Counted from the whole stretch's first letter, positions 6,996 through 17,629 are shown. The stretch: 18,155 nucleotides of DNA, filler included, from an uncultured virus (IMG/VR IMGVR_UViG_2061766007_000220) (2 parts of one record of this genome joined end to end with filler, not necessarily neighbours in it); one strand, 5' to 3'. Notes: a model not told the origin generated them from the sequence alone. Translations and numbers: made by a program.

Positions 6996-7943
6996 TTAGC
7001 TTGCTTTTGTAGCTTTGTATTCCTCAAAGGTTGCACAGCTCCAAAAGATAAATCTGTTGTTTACCCAACGTTGTAACTTCCTAAGTTCATGACCTTTAGG
7101 AAGATGTTCCTTGTCATAAAGCATTACATAAGGTGCATAGCCATTGTCTCTAAGCCACCCTATGCGGTATAAATCCTGTTCAAGTACCTCACGTTCATGA
7201 TCTCCGCATAGTACATAAACTTGTAGATTATGAGGATGGATTTTGCTTGACTTCCTAAACTCTAAGAATCTTGGCTGAACAAGGTCTTTGTCCTCATATC
7301 TATCCCAGGCAAAGTGGATAGAATCAATCTTGATCTGAGATAGCATATCTGCTTTTTCAGCAGTCATCATTCTTATGTCAAGACCTTGATTGAAGTCTAC
7401 ACGAGCTTTACTATCAATGAGCTGTTGGAGTAAATCTTTCCAATCTGGACAAGCAAGAATGTTAGGATCGCAAAGTACAATGTGCTTTTGTCCATTCCAA
7501 AACTCAGATAAATCTGCAACCTTATGTGAGCATTGACCTTCTTTTGGTGCTACATGGCAGAAGCTACAACCTCTTGGACACCCACGAGTAAGGAAACCAT
7601 AAGCGGTATCACCACACTCAGGATAAATACTGTAATCAGGGTATATATGTTCAATTTCATCAGATAAGGGAACGTCTTTAGACTTATCGTAGACTTCCTT
7701 ACCATTAACAAGTGAAATGGCATATCCTGTACCACCTTTAACGATTTTGTCTGCATCAATGAAATACTCATAGTCTGGTGTGAAACTAAACACCTTGCTC
7801 ATGTAGACAATATCCATGTGACCACTAAACATAGGCTGATACCATTCAACGGAATCGCCTTTAGCCTTGTGGTATGCGGAAAGTTTCATTAAAGGGAGAT
7901 TAGGATAGTTGTGACCATCCACATCAATTAGACCTATTCTCAT
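6996..7943 (-). CDS. Radical SAM protein, phage type (315 aa)
   Basis: CxxxCxxC motif in TRGCPRGCSFC. The likely start is MRIGLIDVDGHNYPNLPLMKLSAYHK at 7943, not 8024. Confidence 0.92.
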   Translation of the reverse strand: MRIGLIDVDGHNYPNLPLMKLSAYHKAKGDSVEWYQPMFSGHMDIVYMSKVFSFTPDYEYFIDADKIVKGGTGYAISLVNGKEVYDKSKDVPLSDEIEHIYPDYSIYPECGDTAYGFLTRGCPRGCSFCHVAPKEGQCSHKVADLSEFWNGQKHIVLCDPNILACPDWKDLLQQLIDSKARVDFNQGLDIRMMTAEKADMLSQIKIDSIHFAWDRYEDKDLVQPRFLEFRKSSKIHPHNLQVYVLCGDHEREVLEQDLYRIGWLRDNGYAPYVMLYDKEHLPKGHELRKLQRWVNNRFIFWSCATFEEYKATKAS

Positions 7944-8024
7944 GATGTTTCTCTTCCCAAAACTTAAACTTATTGGCATATCTGTTGATTCTGCCAATAC
8001 GTTGACGGATTTCAACAATATCAT

Positions 8025-8342
8025 TTATCTGCTCAGATGTATCGTTTCCCTGAACGTCATTTTAGGCTTTAAGAACGTCACATTGTCAGTCGTTTTAACC
8101 TTTGCTCTGACTTCCGGATATTCAAGCCCTGTGTCCATGAACACCGCGGGAATATCGGGATAGTTCTTTCTGACTATATCAAGTAGCACCGTACTGTCCT
8201 TGCCGCCTGAAAAGCTGACAAAAACGCCATCTTCTCCGTATTCGTTGACCCAATCTTTGATTCTTGATTCTGTCATGCGAACCTTAACGGATAACGGAGC
8301 AGCTTGCATACATTTCAGACCGGCTATTGTTCTTTCACTCAT
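8025..8342 (-). pseudogene. N-terminal fragment of a PAPS-reductase-family (PP-loop) protein
   Basis: VSFSGGKDSTVLL and VFMDTGLEYPE motifs; ends abruptly after LKPKMTFRETI. Confidence 0.8.
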
Positions 8343-9166
8343 ACGTTTCTCCTGTCAGCAATTCGATTATTTTTTTCCCCATATCTCGGTCACGGCAAAA
8401 AACAAACTTGCATCCGTATTTCAATTCCATTGTTTCGAGTGCTTTTGCCAACTTGTCACCTTTCATAGCATATGGATATTTGTAAATCGGTCTGCGATTA
8501 CCCATAGCATCTCGCCTTGTCCACGCTTTAACGATAAGACTTCTCGGATTTGTCCACATTCTCAGACTGTTAATGTCGGTAACGGCCTTGTTGAGAATAT
8601 CCTTTTTCATGCCGATCATTTCAGGGTCTGATGCAACAAGAATAAATAGCCTTGTTCGCCTTATCTGCGCCCTTACAAGTCCTCGGTGGAAGAATCCTCG
8701 GTACTTCGTATAAAGGGTCTGTAAACGGCTTATAAGCGTTTCTGAAAGCCTATTCTCGTAAACATACATCGTTATCTCGTTGTCAACGTCACGGTTTGTA
8801 TCGTCCGAAGTGATGATGTTNNNNNNNNNNTGTTATCTCGTTGTCAACGTCACGGTTTGTATCGTCCGAAGTGATGATGTTCACTAAGTTCTTGTGATGC
8901 TTACCTTCTTCCGAAACAGTCAGCAGATTTTTAACCGCTGCCGATACTGCGGATTTGCTGATGGTCTTTGCCTGAATGTCACCGATCAATTCCTGAATAT
9001 CTTTTTTAGTGTCAACTGCAACGTCCGACTTTCCGGCAAGTTGATAATCACCGCAATTAAGCGTTTCTCTTGTCCACGAAATGCCGTTTTTCAAGAACCA
9101 TTGATGCTTCGCGGTATGTTTCTTCGCTTGCTGACGTGTATCTTCAAGAAGCAGAATCCTATCCAT
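8335..9166 (-). CDS. ERCC4-domain nuclease-like protein (one gene split by a gap with a duplicated overlap)
   Basis: EDTRQQ...LNCGDY...VDTKKDIQEL at the N terminus and LETMELKYGCKFVFC at the C terminus; 8770-8820 duplicates 8831-8881. Confidence 0.75.
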
Positions 9167-9377
9167 GTCTTAATCTCCTTTTGTAATGTCCATCGTAATT
9201 ATACTCCTTTATCTCGTCCTCAACCTTGTCAAAGTCGAATTTGTCGGCTCTTTTATAAAACTTGCATTTGCCGGTTTTAGCGCAAACCATTTCTGTAAGG
9301 CAAGCACACAAATCGTCACGATGATAAAAAGCGCACGAACACCGAGGAAAATGGTTATTTTTTCTTCGCTTTTGCAT
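9159..9377 (-). CDS. Small Cys-rich hypothetical protein
   Basis: 72-aa ORF with an RBS (GAGG), overlapping both neighbours; C-x-C...C-x-C...C...CKFYK pattern. Confidence 0.65.
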   Translation of the reverse strand: MQKRRKNNHFPRCSCAFYHRDDLCACLTEMVCAKTGKCKFYKRADKFDFDKVEDEIKEYNYDGHYKRRLRHG

Positions 9378-9699
9378 TTTCTTCTACCTCTTTGTCGTTT
9401 TGTCCTCTGGCAGTAACCTCAAATTGGTTCACGATCAACTGAGGATTGTAATGCGTTTCTCCGTTCATCGTATATTTATTCGGGGAGATTTCCCCATAAA
9501 CAGTTACTGTAGTACCTTTTTTGCAAAATCTCGCCATATGCTCTGCGGTCTTGTCAAACGCCACGAGATTGTGCCACTCTCCATCAGTAGAATGATTGCA
9601 ACGCACATACATAGACGTTTTTGCTATCGTCTGTCCTTTTTCGGTCTTTCCGATAGTAACATTTGCTCCCAGGTTTCCCGAAAGTATGCAGCAGTTCAT
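9355..9699 (-). CDS. ssb: Single-stranded DNA-binding protein
   Basis: MNCCILSGNLG...EWHNLVAFDKTAE...KKGTTVTVYGEI OB-fold pattern; RBS AAAGGAG before ATG 9699. Confidence 0.9.
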   Translation of the reverse strand: MNCCILSGNLGANVTIGKTEKGQTIAKTSMYVRCNHSTDGEWHNLVAFDKTAEHMARFCKKGTTVTVYGEISPNKYTMNGETHYNPQLIVNQFEVTARGQNDKEVEENAKAKKK

Positions 9700-9710
9700 A
9701 AATGCTCCTT

Positions 9711-10295
9711 TCAAAGTCCTATTGTTAAACCTTTCCTCGCCACATAGACATGAGCAGTTTCAGCAACAGTCGAAATCGTTTTTGTAATTTCGTCAGGGTC
9801 GCTTGTGTCAAGTCCTCGGTGACAAAGAATCACATTTTTAAGTTCAGTGCTTGCAACGTGCTTAACGAAGTCTTTGCAAGCCTTTAATCCCATATGTCCG
9901 AGAAGTTTATGCCTTATATTATCCGCTTCCATGTCAACCATATCCTCGCAATAGTTACATTCTACGATCACGTCAGTAGGTGTGATTTTGGACAGATCAA
10001 TAGGGCAATACTCCAAGTCGGTCAAATAAAGGATTCTTCTATCATCCCATTTGAGATAATATCCATAGCAAGGAACATTNNNNNNNNNNNNNTGCATCAA
10101 GAGTTTTTCGAGTGCTTGCGTGTGGTCTTTGTGAATGTGACTAATCAATACACCGCGTATCTTTGTCACGTCGAACCCCAACGCTTGCTTAATCTCTTTA
10201 ATGCTCATTCCCGCATCAAGAATCACATCTGAAATGCCATCACTTAAAATGTACGCATTTCCACTACTGCCCGTTCCGACAACCTTTAATTCCAT
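9711..10295 (-). CDS. MBL-fold metallo-hydrolase (phage nuclease type); partial variant copy at 10315-10517
   Basis: GTGSSGNAY, LDAG, ISHIHKDH (HxHxDH), TD, ECNY and GHM motifs. Confidence 0.92.
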   Translation of the reverse strand: MELKVVGTGSSGNAYILSDGISDVILDAGMSIKEIKQALGFDVTKIRGVLISHIHKDHTQALEKLLMXXXXXNVPCYGYYLKWDDRRILYLTDLEYCPIDLSKITPTDVIVECNYCEDMVDMEADNIRHKLLGHMGLKACKDFVKHVASTELKNVILCHRGLDTSDPDEITKTISTVAETAHVYVARKGLTIGL

Positions 10296-10520
10296 ATCTT
10301 ATCCNNNNNNNNNNAACATCAAGAGTTTTTCGAGTGCTTGCGTGTGGTCTTTATGTATGTGACTAATCAATACACCGCGTATCTTTGTCACGTTGAACCC
10401 CAACGCTTGCTTAATCTCTTTGATGCTCATTCCCGCATCAAGAATCACGTCTGAAATGCCATCACTTAAAATGTAAGCATTTCCGCTACTGCCCGTTCCG
10501 ACAACCTTTAATTCCATATC

Positions 10521-11339
10521 TTATCCNNNNNNNNNNNNNNNNNNNNNNNNNNNNNNNNNNNNNNNNNNNNNNNNNNNNNNNNNNNNNNNNNNNNNNNNNN
10601 NNNNNNNNNNTGTGCCGTCGTCACGAATAACCGCCTGATCGTTGTTGAAAGCGTTCTGGAACTCGATGCTCATGATTCCCCATTTGCTGATAAGTTGACG
10701 AAGCATGGTTTTCTTCGCCATTTCGTTAAAGTTCTTGCTCCAAAACGTATAGGACGTGCCTTTTGTAATGTCGCTCTTGTAGCCTTTGGAATACTGCTTT
10801 GCGTGTGCTTGCATTTCCTCAATCGTCCAGTACATTTCCTTGCGGAAGCCTGTTGTCAACTCGAAGTAGGCGTAGTAGCCGATAACCTTTGCCTTTTCGC
10901 GCTTGTTGGGGTCTGTGATCGGAGCAAATTTGTAATCCTCGTCAAAAGGATTGTAGTGAACCAACTCGCCCTCTCTAACCTCGATTACATTCATCTTGCG
11001 GTACTGACCGCTTCTCATGGCAAGTCTGATTAACCCCTTGTATCCAGCCTGAAAGACTGCTTCTGCAACGCCCTTGTTCTCGTACTTAACCATGTAATAT
11101 TCGCCAAGCTGCGGAGAAGGACTTAACTTCAAACTCTGTCCGAGCAAAGCTGCATTGACGATCGAAGCATTCGTACATTGTGCCAAGTCTTTATTGGTCT
11201 GTACGGCTGATACGATAGATGTCACGAAGCTGGTGTAGTCCTTTTCGCCTACGACCGGAAGTATATTTTCTTTGACCTTATCACTTCCGAGATAGGTGGC
11301 AATTCCGGTTTTCTGTGTCTGTGCGACTGCTGTTCCCAT
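10521..11339 (-). CDS. recT: RecT-family single-strand annealing recombinase
   Basis: LSPSPQLGEYYMV, FQAGYKGLIRLAMRSGQY and FNEMAKKTMLRQL motifs. Confidence 0.93.
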   Translation of the reverse strand: MGTAVAQTQKTGIATYLGSDKVKENILPVVGEKDYTSFVTSIVSAVQTNKDLAQCTNASIVNAALLGQSLKLSPSPQLGEYYMVKYENKGVAEAVFQAGYKGLIRLAMRSGQYRKMNVIEVREGELVHYNPFDEDYKFAPITDPNKREKAKVIGYYAYFELTTGFRKEMYWTIEEMQAHAKQYSKGYKSDITKGTSYTFWSKNFNEMAKKTMLRQLISKWGIMSIEFQNAFNNDQAVIRDDGTXXXXXXXXXXXXXXXXXXXXXXXXXXXXG

Positions 11340-11354
11340 GTTTTCTCTCCTTTC

Positions 11355-14317
11355 TTACTGTGTAAGTTCCTTGTCCTCTGAAACAACAAGACCGATCAAC
11401 TGCTTTCCGAAAGGCATCTCCAAAGCGATTCTCTTTTCACTGTCGCTTGAAAGTGATTCAAACCCATCAACAAAAAGCGGTACGCTCTGCTCAAACAAAG
11501 ACTGTAAGCCAAACGCAATATCGATCTTTGCAATAATCTCTCTGCCGGTATTAGCCGATTCACCCAACTTCTTGTCATCAATATAGGCATCGCAGACCTC
11601 TGTGTACTCTCCGTTCTTCTTGTAGTCAAAGAACTTCCATTTGACAATGCTGAAATGATTATTGACCGATTCAGTAACAAGTTCATTGGTGAACCGATTT
11701 AACTTGTCGATTTCGTCAAGCGTTTTTTCGGCATCTGCCTTTGCCTGTTCGTACTCCATCTGCTGCTTGCGTAAATCAGCGATCTTCGCATCAATCGCAC
11801 GGTTTGCATCGAATATTGCAAGTTTACCGTTCAACTCGCCACGTTCTGCATCGAGTTCCTTTAACCTTTCAACCTCGATAGCCGGAGCGGGTGCGGTATA
11901 TAAATCCGAATACTCTTTAAGTGCCTTTTCAGCATCAGCCTTAACCTTTGCAAGCGATTTCTGCAAGTCCTTCGTTTCCTTGCTTGCCTTTACGGGTTTA
12001 CTGTCGATTTCTTCGAGCTGCGTGTAATATCCGTTCTTGCTTTCTGACATGGCATTGATTTCGTCAGTAAGCTTCTTTTCCGCTTCTGTAGCATCAGATA
12101 CTGCTTTTTTGGCACGTTCGACTTCTGCGATCAATTCCTCAATCTGCCTTTGGTGTGCTTCTCTTATCTTGATCGCCTTTTCTGCGTCAAGCGGTCTGCC
12201 GCAAGTCGGACAAATGATTGCATTGTCAGCACGTTCGTTCATCTGTCGGATAGTCTCNNNNNNNNNNGCCCTTGTAAGCGATTTCTGCAAGTCCTTCGTT
12301 TCCTTACTTGCCTTTACGGGTTTACTGTCGATTTCTTCGAGCTGCGTGTAATATCCGTTCTTGCTTTCTGACATGGCATTGATTTCGTCAGTAAGTTTCT
12401 TTTCCGCTTCTGTAGCATCAGATACTGCTTTTTTGGCACGTTCGACTTCTGCGATCAATTCATCAATCTGTCTCTGGTGTGCTTCTCTTATCTTGATGGC
12501 CTTTTCTGCGTCGAGCGGTCTGCCACAAGTCGGACAAATAATCGCATTGTCAGCACGTTCGTTCATCTGTCGGATAGTCTCGGTCATGTCGGCAACGCTT
12601 GTTTGTGCCGTGGACTTTGAGATTTTAGCCTGGTTGAGTGCATTCGTCTTATCTCCGATTGAACGGTCAAGTTCTGCGATAGCATCAGCNNNNNNNNNNA
12701 TAGCATCAGACACTGCTTTTTTGGCACGTTCGACTTCTGCGATCAATTCCTCAATCTGCCTNNNNNNNNNNNNNNNNNNNNNNNNNNNNNNNNNNNNNNN
12801 NNNNNNNNNNNNNNNNNNNNNNNNNNNNNNNNNNNNNNNNNNNNNNNNNNNNNAGTCATGTCGGCAACGCTTGTTTGTGCCGTGGACTTTGAGATTTTTG
12901 CCTGGTTGAGCGCATTCGTCTTATCTCCGATTGAACGGTCAAGTTCTGCGATAGCATCAGCGACAAACTTCCGGTCATGTTCATGTGAAGCATTGTCCGA
13001 AGCAACCGACTTCTCGTACTTGTCCATGAGTTTCTTTAACTCTTCCGAAGCACTATCTGCGTTGATTTTGAGTTCTCTGAGCTGCTCTGCACGTTCTTCC
13101 TGCGCTTTCTTGTTCTCTGAAAAGATCGCGTCTCTCGCCTTGTCAACGTCATCAATCTTTTTCTTAATGTCAGATTCGCTTTCCGGAGCGTCTATNNNNN
13201 NNNNNGGTTTCGTACACCAACAATTACGAGGTAAATTCTGTCGAACTGACAGAAAGAGACTTCTTCAAGACCCTTAACGAAAAGGGAGTTGACACAGACA
13301 ATCTTTGCATCTTTTCTCACACGGACGCTTTTATCGGAATGAAAACCGATGAAAAACGCAAGATTTTATTCCGATTCACCGAAAAGGCTGACGAAAAAAC
13401 AATCATCACTAAGGCAATCAAAAAAGGAATCGACTTGCCTACGATCAAAGAAAAGATTTCTGCCTACAATCTCAATGAGATTGAATCCATGGCAAAGGCT
13501 TCTATTCGCAAAATAAGGGAAGTTTACGGCAAGGACGGAGAAATTCTCAACGCAAAGATAAACGGCTTGGATATGGGGCGTATAGACNNNNNNNNNNGTC
13601 TGCGTTGATCTTGAGTTCTCTGAGCTGCTCTGCACGTTCTTCCTGTGCTTTCTTGTTCTCNNNNNNNNNNCGCGTTAAGGATTTCTCCGTCTTTGCCGTA
13701 AACTTCCCTTATCTTGCGAATAGAAGCCTTTGCCATGGATTCAATCTCATTGAGATTGTAGGCNNNNNNNNNNNNNNNNNNNNNNNNNNNNNNNNNNNNN
13801 NNNNNNNNNNNNNNNNNNNNNNNNNNNNNNNNNNNNNCGATTTTTCATCGGCCTTTTCGGTGAACCGGAATAAAATCTTGCGTTTTTCATCGGTTTTCAT
13901 TCCGATAAAAGCGTCNNNNNNNNNNNNNNNNNNNNNNNNNNNNNNNNNNNNNNNNNNNNNNNNNNNNNNNNNNNNNNNNNNNNNNNNNNNNNNNNNNNNN
14001 NNNNNNNNNNNNNNNNNNNNNNNNNNNNNNNNNNNNNNNNNNNNNNNNNNNNNNNNNNTCACGGGCGATCCGTTTATCTCGATTTTAGCAGTAACTGTAG
14101 GCGTGTATTCGCCCTCTCCGATAGGAAACACTGCGGGATTAGCTGTAAGGTTTGCATCTTTTCCGCAGATAAGCCATAACCAGGCTGTAAGGATTGTTGT
14201 CTTTCCGACCCCATTCTTGCCCTTAACCTTTGATAGACCTTCCGAAAAGTCGAGTTCCTTTTCTCGAATCCCTTTGAAGTTTTGCAGCTTTAAGTTCTTT
14301 AAAATAACTTCTGTCAT
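11355..14317 (-). CDS. SbcC/Rad50-like ATPase with coiled coil and zinc hook, in duplicated fragments
   Basis: LQNFKG and Walker A GKNGVGKTT at the N terminus, CPTCG hook, and C-terminal NTG...PLFVDGFES (Walker B-like). 13205-13587 is an inverted contig of the same gene. Confidence 0.88.
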
Positions 14318-14621
14318 ATTTACCCCCTTTGGTTAGTATTTTCGGATATTCCATAACAAAATCGTACAGATTTGTTATATCCCATCCAAATTCAAATTCT
14401 TCTCTTAAAAGCTGGTGTGCTAACCGCCTTACTGTTTTCCAACGCTTCGCAAATTCTATGCGCTCTGCTTTTACGCCCTCTAAACATTCCCAAGAACACA
14501 TGTACATGGCAGTTCCGTGAGTTTCGGTGCGATCGATGTATGCTTTGAAAGGCCATTCTTTAGCCGAGCATTCTCGGTAAAAGCGTTTGCCGCAACAAGC
14601 GCAATAACTCGCGGTCAACAT
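14223..14621 (-). CDS. Hypothetical protein with possible Zn-binding CxxCGK...CSWEC motif
   Basis: 132-aa ORF in operon orientation; its 3' end overlaps the ATPase start by about 95 nt. Confidence 0.6.
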   Translation of the reverse strand: MLTASYCACCGKRFYRECSAKEWPFKAYIDRTETHGTAMYMCSWECLEGVKAERIEFAKRWKTVRRLAHQLLREEFEFGWDITNLYDFVMEYPKILTKGGKYDRSYFKELKAAKLQRDSRKGTRLFGRSIKG

Positions 14622-14761
14622 AACCCCTGTAAATGGTCATAGACTTTTTGCCGGTCCGAAGTTGTGACAAAATAACTTTCCCATCTGTCAGTAGGAATGT
14701 TGAGAAGTCTGCACCAAAGTAGAATCTTCTCTACGGAAAATCCGCATTTTCCTTGTAACGT
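14615..14761 (-). CDS. C-terminal fragment of a Cro/XRE (DUF739-like) HTH protein
   Basis: LQGKCGFSVEKILLWCRLLNIP...YF resembles the C-terminal half of phage HTH proteins; the 5' part is in the gap. Confidence 0.45.
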   Translation of the reverse strand, partial: TLQGKCGFSVEKILLWCRLLNIPTDRWESYFVTTSDRQKVYDHLQGLC

Positions 14762-15587
14762 NNNNNNNNNNNNNNNNNNNNNNNNNNNNNNNNNNNNNNN
14801 NNNNNNNNNNNNNNNNNNNNNNNNNNNNNNNNNNNNNNNNNNNNNNNNNNNNNNNNNNNNNNNNNNNNNNNNNNNNNNNNNNNNNNNNNNNNNNNNNNNN
14901 NNNNNNNNNNNNNNNNNNNNNNNNNNNNNNNNNNNNNNNNNNNNNNNNNNNNNNNNNNNNNNNNNNNNNNNNNNNNNNNNNNNNNNNNNNNNNNNNNNNN
15001 NNNNNNNNNNNNNNNNNNNNNNNNNNNNNNNNNNNNNNNNNNNNNNNNNNNNNNNNNNNNNNNNNNNNNNNNNNNNNNNNNNNNNNNNNNNNNNNNNNNN
15101 NNNNNNNNNNNNNNNNNNNNNNNNNNNNNNNNNNNNNNNNNNNNNNNNNNNNNNNNNNNNNNNNNNNNNNNNNNNNNNNNNNNNNNNNNNNNNNNNNNNN
15201 NNNNNNNNNNNNNNNNNNNNNNNNNNNNNNNNNNNNNNNNNNNNNNNNNNNNNNNNNNNNNNNNNNNNNNNNNNNNNNNNNNNNNNNNNNNNNNNNNNNN
15301 NNNNNNNNNNNNNNNNNNNNNNNNNNNNNNNNNNNNNNNNNNNNNNNNNNNNNNNNNNNNNNNNNNNNNNNNNNNNNNNNNNNNNNNNNNNNNNNNNNNN
15401 NNNNNNNNNNNNNNNNNNNNNNNNNNNNNNNNNNNNNNNNNNNNNNNNNNNNNNNNNNNNNNNNNNNNNNNNNNNNNNNNNNNNNNNNNNNNNNNNNNNN
15501 NNNNNNNNNNNNNNNNNNNNNNNNNNNNNNNNNNNNNNGTAACACGCTTCTGCTGCTATTAACATAAATTCATTCATACGTTCTCCT

Positions 15588-15619
15588 AAAAAATTGGCGC
15601 ACCCAATTAAGAGTGCGCC
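15588..15619 (-). terminator. Rho-independent terminator
   Basis: GGCGCACTC-ttaatt-GGGTGCGCC-AATTTTTT just after the stop at 15626. Confidence 0.7.
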
Positions 15620-15625
15620 TTATAA

Positions 15626-15943
15626 TCATCTGCCCCTGTAGGATTCCATGCTTTCGCCATCATCATATGAACCGCGTCTTTCCGAAGAATAGCGACCCAT
15701 ACTATCACGCCTAGCACCTCTCCCGCGTCCTCTGGCATACGAATCATAGCCATCGTGGTAATAGGGCATCGGATAATGCTCCGAGTAACCCGCATCTTCC
15801 ATAGCTTCAACTGTTAAAATGCTTTTAAGCGCATGAGCAAGTTTGTCAACTTGTTCAAGGCTCTGCATATTTAACTCGCCTTTGCTCTGGATATGTTCAA
15901 GTTCCTCACAAAGCATCTCTTTAAGTTCCTTGTATTTATCCAT
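15626..15943 (-). CDS. Uncharacterised phage protein with helical N terminus and Arg/Gly/Tyr/Ser-rich tail (105 aa)
   Basis: MDKYKELKEMLCEELE...SYARGRGRGARRDSMGRYSS; RBS AAAGGAG. Confidence 0.85.
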   Translation of the reverse strand: MDKYKELKEMLCEELEHIQSKGELNMQSLEQVDKLAHALKSILTVEAMEDAGYSEHYPMPYYHDGYDSYARGRGRGARRDSMGRYSSERRGSYDDGESMESYRGR

Positions 15944-15956
15944 GGTCTTATCTCCT

Positions 15957-16418
15957 TTACGAAATCCTTGTAATAACAAGGTTTGAGTTGAGTGCGCTGA
16001 TAACGGGCGTAGGTGTTACAGTAGGATCGTCTGTACCGGGTACATAAGCGACCGAAAGCGAGAAGCAACAACCTTTGGGAACACGGATAATTGCCGTAGA
16101 TGTTACGTTTCCGTATTCGTCAGGCGCGGTTGCCGTAGGTGTAATAATTGCTCTGCTTGACGGCCTGCTTTCGCCATTAACGACAATAGCGACCGCAATA
16201 GGTGTAACCGCTCCACCCTCTGCAATTCCAATGTTTCCGTTATATGTTACCTGATATGTTGCGTAACATTGACCGTTCGTGATTCCACGAAGAATAAAAA
16301 TTCCTGTTTCGTTTTCATGGTAAATATAGGATTTACCACAAGGAATAGATGCCGTGAAAATGATAGGCGCATTTACACTGACATTCTGCGCTGATACGGC
16401 AAGATATTCAGCAGCCAT
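15957..16418 (-). CDS. Uncharacterised beta-strand-rich protein, possibly BclA-C/C1q-like
   Basis: MAAEYLAVSAQNV...GIFILRG...YQVTYNGNI...NSNLVITRIS; RBS GAGGTG. Confidence 0.8.
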   Translation of the reverse strand: MAAEYLAVSAQNVSVNAPIIFTASIPCGKSYIYHENETGIFILRGITNGQCYATYQVTYNGNIGIAEGGAVTPIAVAIVVNGESRPSSRAIITPTATAPDEYGNVTSTAIIRVPKGCCFSLSVAYVPGTDDPTVTPTPVISALNSNLVITRIS

Positions 16419-16425
16419 ACGCACC

Positions 16426-17298
16426 TCACATTCCGCAACCGCAGCCGTACTGATTCTGATTGCAAGTGAAGATCGGAGTGCGACCGTAAACAGGCGTTGT
16501 GGGAACAGGGCAGTTGCTCAATCTGTTGTAAAGAGCATCAACCTCTGCTTCCTGACCCTGACGAAGAGTAGCAGTCTGCTCAATCTGCGAAGCCTGATTC
16601 TTTGCAAAAGTGAGTTCCTGACGAAGCTGCGCGATCGTATCGTTCTTTGCATCGATTTCAAGAGCGCAAAGTTTGTCAAGAATAGCCTGTGTACCTCTTG
16701 TCTGTGCATCGATAATATCTCTGGTGTTGTTTGCATCAGCAAATCTTGTAGCGTTGCCCTCGTTCTGAACGATGTTCTGTGTCTGACAAGTTGCTAATTG
16801 CTGGTTGCAACAGCAGCTTGCTAACTGTGACTGAATAGCGTTCATAGCCTGAGCCGAGGCAGTCTGTGCATTGTAAGACCTTTCAAGAGCAGCGATCTGA
16901 TCTGCATACATCTGCTGTGCAAGTGCGTTCTGTGCGTTTGTAACAGAAGCTGTTACGCCAGCAAATCCACCGCAAAGCTGAGTAGAGATACCGGATATTC
17001 CGTCTCTGATAGATGTTACTCCATCATTCAGCATAGCGAACTGGAAGCCGTTGTTGGTGTTGTTGTTGATTCCGCTCTGTCCGTTAAGAAGCCAAGGAAA
17101 ATCATAGCCGAGTGCCATGTTTCCTGCGCCACCAAAGCCATTTCCGAAGCCGTTGTTCCAACCGCCCGCAAACAGAATCAAAAGCACAATCCACCATCCG
17201 TCAGCTCCGAACATATTGCCGAAGCCGCCATTACCGCCACCGTACATAGGCGATACAGGCATTACCATGTTGCCGTTTGAGTTACTGTCAAGTGCCAT
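16426..17298 (-). CDS. Uncharacterised protein: Gly-rich hydrophobic N terminus, long coiled coil, Cys clusters
   Basis: GGFG...WWIVLLILFAGGW, QLASCCC and C-terminal GCGCGM; RBS AAAGGAG. Confidence 0.9.
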   Translation of the reverse strand: MALDSNSNGNMVMPVSPMYGGGNGGFGNMFGADGWWIVLLILFAGGWNNGFGNGFGGAGNMALGYDFPWLLNGQSGINNNTNNGFQFAMLNDGVTSIRDGISGISTQLCGGFAGVTASVTNAQNALAQQMYADQIAALERSYNAQTASAQAMNAIQSQLASCCCNQQLATCQTQNIVQNEGNATRFADANNTRDIIDAQTRGTQAILDKLCALEIDAKNDTIAQLRQELTFAKNQASQIEQTATLRQGQEAEVDALYNRLSNCPVPTTPVYGRTPIFTCNQNQYGCGCGM

Positions 17299-17493
17299 AG
17301 TTTTTTCTCCTTTTTATTTGAGGTTAGCGACTATTCACGCGTTAAATAGCCGGTATAGTAAGGNNNNNNNNNNNNNNNNNNNNNNNNNNNNNNNNNNNNN
17401 NNNNNNNTTAATTAATTAANNNNNNNNNNNNNNNNNNNNNNNNNNNNNNNNNNNNNNNNNNNNGCTCACATCATTCGGGTATGACCCGACCTC

Positions 17494-17629
17494 TACCTCG
17501 GGTGAGGATTTGCACCTCACATGGCAACATAGCGAACACCTTTGGTTATCTCTCAATTCGAGTCCGTCTATTAAACGGCTGTTAGTTGCCTTACGTTTCA
17601 AGCGTTTACCATTTTCCGCCACCGAGATA
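17494..17629 (-). ncRNA. tRNA-like unit B, allele 2 (81-nt insert)
   Basis: TATCTCGG-TG-GCG GAAAATGGTAAA CGC-[81 nt]-GTGAGG TGCAAAT CCTCAC-CCGAGGTA; same 5' flank as 3466-3591. Confidence 0.8.

Noticed and set aside
11940..13915. Internal repeats and an inversion (13205-13587) in the SbcC-like gene
   Set aside because: Overlapping or mis-oriented contigs between N gaps; no invertase or inverted recombination sites seen.
14615..15577. 281-320 aa ORFs listed in the track
   Set aside because: Almost entirely N; the two ends cannot be shown to belong to one gene.
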